Positions 36,849 to 48,800 of a stretch of 64,000 nucleotides of DNA are shown one piece after another. Location of the stretch: assembly GCA_044892505.1 (NCBI GenBank), contig CM097882.1, positions 569,098,001-569,162,000 on the forward strand, read 5' to 3'. This stretch comes from Schmidtea nova. Its lineage: Eukaryota. The position numbers and the translations under genes are program-made. A model generated the notes under the pieces. That model saw only the letters and a program-made list of their open reading frames with translations, had not been told where the DNA came from and did no database searches. The stretch's first letter is position 1; each line of letters starts with the position of its first letter.

Positions 36849-39800
36849 TTGAGAAAAGGAGCAAAGAGTGTCGCAATAAAGCCAACAAAAAAGCAGAAAG
36901 CCGGCAAAGATAACCACAAAAACCCACAAGGGAGTAAAGCGAGGAAAATAATAAGAGATAAATCAATTATCGAAAACGATAAATTGTCAGTAGTAAGCAA
37001 CAGCTCAAGTAACAAAGAAAACCAAGCGGAACCCAAGGAGAACCAAACAAGCGAAATAGAAAGCGACGAAACTAACAACGATAATATCGAAGAATTAGAA
37101 AACGAGGTAGAACCAGAGGTAGAAACCAACGAGAGTGATAACGAAAGTATAATATCAGATAACATAATAATAAGAGAAACTGAAAGCGATTCAAGCTCGA
37201 GTGAAACAGAAGACGAACACAACAACGAATTAGAAACAAGAAGAAACGAAAGTAAAATAACTCAAGACAGCGGAATTGAAATGAGTGAACCAAGAGAAGA
37301 AATAAAGGATAAATTCCCAGGAGAACCATTCAACGGAGATGCGAGTAAATTAGAAATTTTTCTAAAGGAATTTGGCATATTCGTGGAAGTATGCAAATGG
37401 AAAGCTGAGACAACAGCAAGTAGAATACAGTTATATTTGAAAGATAGCGCATTGGACCTATATTTGGAAGCAAAAAACGGTACCAATCCACCTACAAGCT
37501 GGACAGCGATAAAGGATTTTTTCCAACAAACATTTGGAATAAATAAAGTGCTGAGCGAGGCATTCATAGAATTCTCAATGAGGAAACAAAAGATGAATGA
37601 ATCTAATGCGGTATACGCAAGCGAACTGAAAAAATTAGCAAAATCGGTATTCAAGGATGGAGGTCCAATAAACGAGGAGTTAATGGCAGCTATCTTCATA
37701 GGAGGACTAAGAAGACCCGACATAAGAGCGCAAGTAGGATGTCAAGGATGCAAAACCATAGATCAAGCGTTAGAAACAGCTAACCGATTTGAATTGCATA
37801 TGATAGGGAGCGAAGGCAGAATTTATTTAGCCATGGACACAGCGCAAACCGAACCAGAAGTAAATCTCAACAATCACATTCCAAATTCGCAACAATTAAA
37901 CCGACCACCCCCTCAACGAAGGAATGAAGGAAATAAAGCGCAGAACTTTGAAAGCCAAAACAATTACAACCCTCCAAGACAAACAAAACAATGTAAAACA
38001 TGCGGGAAGTTAGGACACTGGCAGCAAGAATGCTATCAAAATTTGAATTGCGGAAAATGTGGAGTTAAAGGACACTCGGAAAGCAGATGTTCTACAATAA
38101 TCTGTTTTAATTGCGGACGACCTGGTCACTATTCAAGAAATTGCGGACAAAAAAGTAATCAGCGAGGAAACTGGCAGAGTAATGGGAACCGACCAAATTA
38201 CGGAAATCAAGCAAATACCGTAAACCGACCAGATTATGGAAACCAACAAAACAACAATAACAATAATCAGAACAAAACCACCCCCAAAGAAATTCATTTG
38301 ATGCAAGAAGTTCAAAGGTTGACGGAACTCATAAACAATACGACGAGAGGAAATCCGCAAACCAATCAACAACAAATTAGCATGATGAGAAAAATAGAAA
38401 GCGAAAACGAACGATTGAATCGAGAAAGTCAAGCACGACACGCTCAGGAATGGGCAAGAATACAAAGAGAGGATGAACAAAAACAGCAAGAAAGAGAACG
38501 ACAACCTCTAAGAATTAACATGCTAAGAGCAACAAACCAAACAGACACTCGCGAGAAAGAAATCACACTGGAAATGAATTCGATAGACCCGAATCCAGCC
38601 GACAACGAAAGTCGAAAAGAAATAGTACAAAAAGATGAAGAAGTAGAAAAAGAAGCAGAAAAGGGAGTGGAAACCGAGATAAACCAGGAAGAGAGGAAAG
38701 AGATTTGGAAAAAAGGAATGATGGTAATCATGCCCAACGACCATATGTTTCGATTCCAATATAACGCAAAAGAAGAAGTGAAAGTATTATTCAACAAAGT
38801 AAACCAGATGATTCCAGGAGTAACGAAGCTGCCCAGAGAAGCGTTCTTACAAATAGAGGGTGCACCATCAGTAAAATTGAAATTAACGGATATATGGGAA
38901 AACATGGGAGTAGTAGAAACAAAAAGAAATGTGATGAGAATTAAAGAAATAGAACCAGAAGAAATTCCACCACCAATACGTCACGAAACCCGAATCCGGC
39001 GAATATTTGAAGGAAAAATGATAAGAAGACGTTTAAAAGAGATAGACGAGTTGGGAAAGAAAATGGAAAAAGTCGAAGTAATAGAGGACAAGAGTGAACC
39101 AACACTAGAAATTGACAAAAACGAACCAGAACCAACGGAGAATATACAAGGAGAAACGAACCAAATAGCACATATTAATATGCTAAGAAATACCACCAGA
39201 GAGTTTTCCGATGAAGAAGAAGATAGTGACATCAGTAGCTTAGCAGGAGACATATTAAATGAATCCGAAGACGAAAATAAAGAAAGAGAAGTAATAAAGA
39301 CCTCAGAACCTACACAGATAAAAGTAGATGAAATCCAGAAATTACTAGATAACTCGCTAGAAGTAATATATAACGAAGAGTTCATGGACAAGAAACAATA
39401 TCGGAAATTCATGAAAGCATTACTACAAATGAACTACAAAGAATGGTTACAAGACCGGGAGGTAGACATGTTGAATCGATACGTAGGAAAATTAATAGAG
39501 GAACCACTCCTCAATTACACCATCTCAATAATAATAAATACATCTACACCAAGAATCTGGATCAAAACTCCATTTACAGACGATATCTACAGATGGGTAG
39601 AGGATAGACTAGGGAGCTCATACAAAAACAAATTCATCTATTCGCAGAATAGACTCGTAAAGAAAAGAACGCACTTAGTAGAAACAGGTATATGGCCAGG
39701 AGAAATAACTCTGTTATCAATATGCGATGAAAAGGAAGAAGAGAACCTACAAGAAGTTGCAAGGGAGGCAAACACGTGCTTCGAAAGGAGAATAAAACCT

Positions 39801-42800
39801 CGGTTAGAATACGAGAAAGAACGAGTCTTACGAAAGAATCTGAATTCCCTGATAGAGCAAATCATACCACAAGTCAAAAAACATAGAAAGGAGTTAATGA
39901 GAAGCGAATACGAGAAATTGAAACAATGTATTGAGTGCATACGTGACACAAGTCACACGAGATGGTCACAAATCTCACACGACAAATTAATCGCAAAAAT
40001 GGGAAAAACAATCTTCAGACAAGGGAAAATAACAGATCTAAAAATTTCAGTGGAATTGCCTAATGAAGACACCAAAGAAATTGAAGTAGTAGCGGATTGC
40101 ACCATTAAAGAATTAATAAATATCATCAACGAGACACTAGTGCAAAGAGAACCAGAAGACGAATGGGAAGACGACATAATCATACAATATAACGAACATG
40201 TATTATGGGATCACGATGAGAGACGACTATATAAAATCGGTATATGGGATAATCACCAAACCATCCACGTTATCAGAATGGACGATACACCCAGAGAAAC
40301 TGCTAAAGATGAGAAAAGAGAACGGGAACGACGGAAAGAAGTTGTGCGCAAATTACAACAAATAGTAGACATCTATCGAAATTGGCGAATTTGGCCAGAG
40401 TGGGAAAATGTATTAGGAGAACTCAATCTCAACAGACGAAGACGAACACCCGTAGAAAAACAATGGAACGAGAAAGGAAAATGTTGGGTACCAAAGGAAG
40501 GGGAATATGAAGAAGAATATGAAAGAGGAATGGAAGATGACTGCGAATCAGAAATGAGAAGGGTTTGCATGGTGACAAGGAAAGCTACGCCAATAGACCT
40601 AGATGGACCAGAAACAGCGGCTATATGGGTAGAAAAGGAAAAACAAAAAACGGAAGAATTTGTCGAAATATTAAAAACTAATGCGCACGGTAAGAGAAAA
40701 ATAATAAAAGGTCTCGCAGATTTTTTCGTGGTTAATGGAGAAGATATAACATGCTTGCGTAAAGTGGCAAAGGCAATCGCAGAATATAAAAGAGTTAACG
40801 AGTGGTGCCCGGAACAACTAGACCACGTAATTAGGAAATGGAGAAATCAAGAATTCTCGCAGGAAATTCCACAAAAAGTGCATTTAAGAATAATATATCC
40901 AAACAAGGATAAGGAAGAATTGTGGGTAGGAATAGCAGAAAAAATTCGAGATATTAAAAAGAAATTGAGATACGAACCACCATTCCATTTACAACACCAA
41001 GGACGATCATTAGATAACAGTTTGGAAATCGGAATAACGCCAGTACAACTAGACCTCATGAATACCTTGACAGTAGAAGCAATAGCAGGTCAACCATTAA
41101 AACGTAAAGAAGAAAACCATAAACCACACGGAAGTATAAGTACGCCGAGCCCGATGGAATTAGTACCAACGACAGGGACAAGTTCAAGACGATCTGAGAC
41201 AACACCCAGAGGGAATAGAGAAATGACTCCACCACAACCCTACGACGTGGACGAAATTTTAACAGACAGCGACGATATGATAGAAGAATTAACCGAACTA
41301 ACAAAGGAAAAAGACGATAACATTTTCGAAAGAATACAAGAATTACCTACGACTGTACAAGTAACCAACACCGGAGAAACAGAAGTCGAAGAAGAGATAA
41401 TAATAGAAGAAGTAAACGATTTGACGGAAGACGAAACAAGAGGAGCGAATGTCGAAAATGTACGATTAACACAAGAAATGGAAAGATGGTTGGAAGAAAG
41501 AGCTAACGAACCAAGAGATGTTACGGAAGAAACCGGACGAGCAACAAGATTTGTGGAAACGGGTACAGGAATGGATAGACGACCTCGAGGTAGACCCAAG
41601 ACAGATCCGGCAAATGTAGTCATCAGAAATAAGGATGAAAAGAGACAAGATCAATGGGAAGTATGTTTAAAGAAATTAAATAAAATCGCGGAGATAAAAG
41701 AAAAAGAGACAACACCAATATGTCAAGGTGAGGAATGGATATCGAAAACAATAATGGAAATATTGGCAATAATTGATCCGGAATTGAAAAAATACTGGCG
41801 CATAACTGAGATAAGCGAAAAGGCGAAGTCATTGCACAGCGCAATTGCACCCATCTTACCGGAATTCATAAAAGAAAAGACGAAGTCAAATCATTTAGAC
41901 TGGCAAGGAACCACTACGTTAATAAAGAAACTGACAGAAGGAGCGGAAACAGATAACAAATACGTAATAGCCATTGCATACACGATCTACAATCTGTTGA
42001 CACTGAGTAGAGGTCGACCAAAACCCACTGCATTAGAGAGACATATAAAAAATACCGCAAAGATTATAACTAGAGAAATAGAACCATACATCATTAACAA
42101 AGGAGGATGGGAAACATTTATCAAAACTAACCAGAAGAAAACGCAAGCGAAGAATATGAAAAAGAAATTCGAAAAAATATTGGAAGAGTTAGAAAAAGAA
42201 CAAACAGGAACAGGGAACGCGAAGTCATCAATGAATTTGAGTTCTATAATAATGATGATGTTGATATGGATGATTAGCACCGATAGCGCAACAGCGTTCG
42301 AAGTGTTTGATTGCGACCAAATGAAGTTAGGAGAAAAGTATTCATTGAGAGGCACGGAGCAATGCAAAGATGCAACTCCAGTAGAGTTGCAAAAGATTAA
42401 AAAGGAACAATGGTACCACGTGTATCAAGAAGCAGAACTCATAAAGACAATGGTGAATGAATGTAAGGTGCAGAAGACGAGATTCGCATTCTACTGCGGG
42501 AGAGGACATTATTCAGCAATTGTCATGCCAGGAACGGAAAGAGAACCAATCGTGTTACAAGGAGAGGACTGCGAAGCACTGTTTAAACATGGAGAAGTAA
42601 CAACAAGAGATAAAATCAAGATAAAAGGAAAGCCAGGAATGATGATGCAACAGACGTACTATGTAGCAGGACGGATTACGGGAGGAGAAGGATATTGTCA
42701 AGGAGAAACCTACCCGATGTTCGGAACACTCGCGACCAACTTAGTGGTGATGGATACGTATATAGTCGAACTAAAAAGCTACGAAGCATTTTTCGAACCA

Positions 42801-45800
42801 ACAACGGGAGAAATGAAAACGTTATCCATGTGTAAAATCGACAGGAGCATGTGTCAAACGGGAATGTCAACATTAGTGTACAAACCAAAGGTAAACGAAT
42901 GTCAGTTACAACTACTACAAGGAGCAAAGTTCGACGAAATCCAAGGAAAAACGTTCCAGGAAGAAGACGATGACGACAAAGATAGAGCAAAGCATCTCAA
43001 GGAAGCTTTAGAGAATAAAAGACAACTGAAACCAGATCATAGAGAAAAACGAATAGAAATGAGAGCCACACCAACAGTGTTGATAACCACAAATCAAGAT
43101 GTGGGAATGAGATTCATAAAAGGGAAAGCAACCCTTAAGTGTAGTACAACGGTATACGAAACAAATTACCCAGGAATATATGTGTCAAAACAAGAAGTGC
43201 CAAATGCGAAACCCAAAATCGACACAATGGATATCAAACTACACTTGTATGTGAATAATAAAATGGATTTCCTATTCCATAGAGGACAAGCCTCATTACA
43301 AAAAGTGTACTACGATTTGATAAATAATGATTGTATACTGAATCGAGAAATATTAAAGACAAAGTTGGCCGTAGCAATTACGAATCCAGATAGCGCGATG
43401 CCATTATTACCACTGAGAGAAGGACATTTCGGAAGAGTGGTTGGAGAAGCAATGTATGTATACATTTGTGAAAAGACACACGCATCGCTAGCAGCAACAA
43501 CACAGTTGAAACCTGGAACCTGTACAAATGAGTTAGAAATCGACTACAAAGGAAAAGTACGATACGTTCAACCAGTGACGAGAATCATCAATCCACCAGG
43601 GTTTGAACCAAATCCATTCAACTGTAGTAATGCGTATGGACCGCTTTATCAAAAACCAGATGGTAAATGGGTTATGTTCCCAGGAAGATCCGAAGTGATA
43701 GCACCAAGAGAATTCGAATTAATGCAGTTGTCAAAGGATAGACAATTCAGCGACGTAGATGTCTCAAACAACGGAATATATAGTCCAAAGGATTTAGAAG
43801 CAGCAAGGCAGAATATATTATTCCCAGCAAGAAGAGAAGCATTATTGTCAAATATCGTAACGATAACGGGAGGAACGGATTATCGAGAAGGACCGAATTA
43901 TGAACTGTTGTTGTCACCAGCACATTTTAAGAAAGCCACAGAAAACATGATGAAAGCAATGTGGGGAAGATTTCTGATATTCGGACAAATGATGGCCGGA
44001 ATACTGGGAGTCATATTAATAATCCAAATTGTCAGAGTGATAATAACGCAAATGTTAGCGTGTTTCGATATCTACAAGAGAGAAAAGAAAGTGAATTGGA
44101 AAATGGTGGTAGGGTTTTTACCATTCCTTGCGAAAACGATGGTGTTACACGGTCACTCAAAAGATATCCACCGAATAAAAAGACTCCTAAAGATACTAGC
44201 AAAAATGAAGGGAACAGATGAAGAAGTAGGACGAAAATTTAAAAAGATAATGAATGACGAACAAGCAAGACAACAGCTCAAGAGAGAAAGAAAAGGTTTA
44301 TGGGAGAGGGTGAAAGGATATAAAACCCAAAATGATTCGAGTGACGACGATGATGACGACGACGACTATAAGGGAGGACAAGTGTATAAGAACCAAGCAC
44401 CCCAATACATTGAAAAGAATCCAGCCGACGCGTGGAAATGTTACGCACCTCCACCAACAATGTACCAAGAACCACTACAAGGAGGAAAAAATAGCACAAT
44501 GCAAATGATGCCAATGACAAATGTATACCCCATGATACCAGAAGATTATAAAATGAGAAGATGTAGAAGCGTAGATCCACAAGGAGATACACACACGATC
44601 GCAGTAATGTCATCAAACACAGGTCCAGTACTAACCACGACAATAGAAATTAACGGAAGAGAAATCGAAGCAATGATCGACACTGGAGCAAATATTTCCG
44701 CCATCGATATCAAATGGATACCACAAGAGCAAAGACGAGATATAGAAAGGACAAACGTCCACGTAATTGCATGTAGCAAAGAAGTTGTAGAAGTAGCAGG
44801 GAGATGGTGGGTAAAAATACGCCACTTAAATACAGAAATCGATACGTACGTAGCAGTCATACCAGCATTAAGCGTACCTTGCATTATCGGAACAGATTTG
44901 ATGCCAGCATTATTTAAAGAGATTGTAATCGACCTCGGAACAATGAGACTAAAGGATCGCACAGGACAAATATGCGCAATAGAAGCCAAAGTGACAAGTT
45001 CAAAGCAAATGATAATACCCGCAAGAAAGGAGAAAATATGTTACGTAAAAATAGATCCGACAATCCAAGGGGATATGATTTTCGAACCAAGTAAGAGATT
45101 CGAGAAAAGAAAAGCGTTGCCAATGGCAAGAGGACTAGTCAACATAAACAATAATGGGGAAATCCCAATAAACGTAGTAAATTTCGACGAGGAGGATAAA
45201 ATAATCTACGAAAACGAAAGATTAGGCAAACTAACCCCAATGATGGATATCGAACTACCAATAGCAGGAGCAGAGAAAGATAAAGAACCAACATGGAATA
45301 TTGATAGTGAACTACTAAATGAAGATCAAAGGAAGCAGTTAGAAAAACTTTTGATGGAGTATAAGGATATATTTGCAGCATCCGATTTAGATCTAGGAAC
45401 ATGTGATGTCACGTTACATACGATACCATTAACCGACGAAACACCAATTGCATTAAGACCATACAAATTAGCAGAAGCACAGAAAGCAGTAGCGGAAGCA
45501 GAAGTGAAGAAAATGTTGGATGCAGAAGTAATCGAACCAAGTTGTTCACCCTGGCAATTTCCAGTAGTAATGGTAAAGAAGAAAGACGGAACACAGAGAT
45601 TCTGCATAGATTATCGAAGATTGAATACAGTGACAAAACGAGATACTTACCCATTACCAGACATCAACGAAATGCTACTAACATTACAGGGAGCAGCATA
45701 TTTTACATCGCTAGATCTAAAAAGCGGATACTGGCAAATAAAAATGAAGGAAGAAGATAAAGAGAAAACTGCCTTTACCATCGGTAGAGACCTATATCAA

Positions 45801-48800
45801 TTTCGAAAGATGCCCTTTGGATTAACAAACGCACCAGCATCATTTCAGAGATGCATGAATTTCGTCACCCATGGAATAAAGCAGTGTATGGTCTACATTG
45901 ACGATTTATTAATCTACTCTAGCACGTTTGAACAGCACATACAGGATATTCGAGATGTATTCGTTAGACTTAGACAATGGAAGTTAAAACTCAAGCCATC
46001 CAAGTGTGATTGGGCGAAAGAGAAAGTAACATTTTTAGGACATATAGTGTCAGCAAAAGGAAAAGAACCGGATCCTAGAAATATCGACAAAGTAAAGGAA
46101 TGTCCAGTACCAAAAACAATAACCCAGATACAAGAATTTCTTGGACTATGTGGATATTATAGAAAGTTTATAAAAGATTACGCCGGAATAGCAAAACCTA
46201 TACAGGAACTAGTAAAGAAAGATGTATCCTTCATATGGGGAGACGAACAACAAACAGCTTTCGAGACATTAAGAGATAAACTGATAACCGCACCCATATT
46301 GGTACACCCAGACTTCAAGAAGCCATTCTTACTTGCAACAGACGCAAGCGGATATGCAGCAGGAGCAGTATTAGGACAATACGACGATGAAGGAAAAGAA
46401 CGCGTAATCGGATATTATAGCCGGACATTCAAAAAGCATGAGAAAAATTACTCAGTAACCGAGCGAGAAGCGTTAGCAATCATACTAGCAATTAAACACT
46501 TTAAATATTTATTATGGGGACACATCATCTGTATAACCACAGATCACCAACCGCTTGTGTGGTTAGGACAACATAAGGAAACCTCCAGTAGATTAATGCG
46601 ATGGGCAATGCAGCTACAGGAGTACTCACCAGACATAAAATTTAAATCAGGACGAGCGAATGCGAATGCAGACTGTATGTCCAGACTGACATTTCCGGAA
46701 TTAACCGACCCGGATGTACAACGAATTTGTGTATTAATAGCAGAAGATTTAGATTTTAGTGAGTTAAAGAAAGATCAACAGGAAGACAGAGAGTTAGGAC
46801 AGATCATAGAGTTCCTAACATCTCGAAATATGGAGGTATTCAAAGATAATAAAGAATTAAAGGAACATATAGGAAAATATCAACATCGATATATAATAAA
46901 TAAAGGATGGTTATTGATACAAGACGGTGAAAAGAGGCTGATGTGTTTACCGGAAAACAGAAGGAAAGAGATAATGATCCAATACCACGATGGGAAATTA
47001 GGAGGTCATATGTCAGAGAAAAAGACAATAAATCGGATGAGACAGAAATATTATTGGCGAACAATGGAAGAAGATATAAAAGAATGGATTAAAAATTGCC
47101 TAACCTGCGCAACTAGAAAGGATAGTGGGAGGAAATGGAAGAACCCGCTGCAACCAATGCCGATACCAGCAGAGCCAATGACAACTATAGCAATGGACGT
47201 AATAGGACCATTACCAGAAAGCTTAAACGGAAACATTTACATACTAGTAATAACGGATTACCTGACGAAATTCCCGGAAGCATTCGCCATGCAAGATCAA
47301 AAAGCAAAAACCGTAGCAAAAATTCTAGTGGAAGAAATATGCTGCAGATATGGAACTCCAAAACAAATACTCACAGACCAAGGAACTAATTTTATGAGTG
47401 AGTTATTGAACGAGGTGACAAACTATTTCAGAATAGCGAAATTGAGAACTTCACCATATCATCCACAAACGAATGGTCAAACAGAGCGATTCAATGGCAC
47501 ATTGATTAGAATGTTATCAAACTATGTCAGCAGACACCAAACTGATTGGGACGAATACATAAAATTATGTTTAATGGCATACCGAATGTCGATACATGCC
47601 GCAACAAAACTAAGCCCGTTTCAACTTATGTATGGCAGAGAATGCAACATGCCCATAGATTTGGAGTACCAGCCACCATTATCGCAATATATGGAAGATG
47701 ACGACTACGTAACCAAATTCAAAGAAAGAATGCAGGAAATATGGAAAACGGCAGAACTTAACATTAAATTTTTTCAGGAAAGTTATAAGGACCTACACGA
47801 CCAGAAGAAAAATGTTAAAGCGAACGATCTAAAACCAGGAGATTGGGTGATAATAGAAACTCCCGAAATAATACCAGGAACGGTTAAGAAACTCCAAAGA
47901 CCTGGAAGAGGACCTTATGAAATTATATACAAAAAGGACAATAATGCCAAAGTTAAGCTAATAAACCGACCATTAATACGACCCATATATGTAAACACCT
48001 GCAGATGTAAGAAGGTGCCTAAAACGATAACTACAACACCAGAGAATCGAATAATAACCAGATCACAAACAGCCAGGATAAACATGCTCAGAGCAAACAC
48101 CAGCGAAGACGACAAAACAGAAATAAGGCAAAAAGAAATCAGAAATAAAGAAGTCCTATTGAAGGCGAGAGAGATAATGGGAAGATGGCATGTTAGAGAC
48201 GAAGCAGGCATATCAAGGGACATTAGACACATAATTAGCCGTTACGCACAAGGATTACCAACCGAACCAATTATTTCTGAATTATTGATAAAAATCCCTG
48301 AAATACTCTTATTAAAAGATGTAGGAGGACAACCAGCCTTACATAATGCGATTCAGTGTAAAAACATTGAAAGAGCAAAAGAATTCTTGAAAATCGCAAA
48401 AGAAACAAACCAAAACCTAGACGTTGGGAATCGTGAACAGGAAACTCCATTAATGACAGCAGCCATCTACCAAGCAGATAAAGAAATGGTAGATCTGTTG
48501 ATAAAAGCTCGTTTCAGTTGGACAGAACGAGATAGAGAAGATAAAACAGTGCTAAATCACGCGATATGGAGTTCTCACCAACTTATGTTGGAATATATAA
48601 TAGCAAACTCCACGTGGGAAATAGACGAATTAATAAAAGGAGACCTTATCAAAGAGGCAATCAAAATTGGCAAATGTAATACGATCCGTAAGTTAATCGA
48701 ATGGAAACGACCAGAAGAGGATACATGGGTCTTAGACATAAACGAAGTATACAGCGAAGGACAAAACGCACTGTTGAGATACCTTTTGAAATTTACTTGT

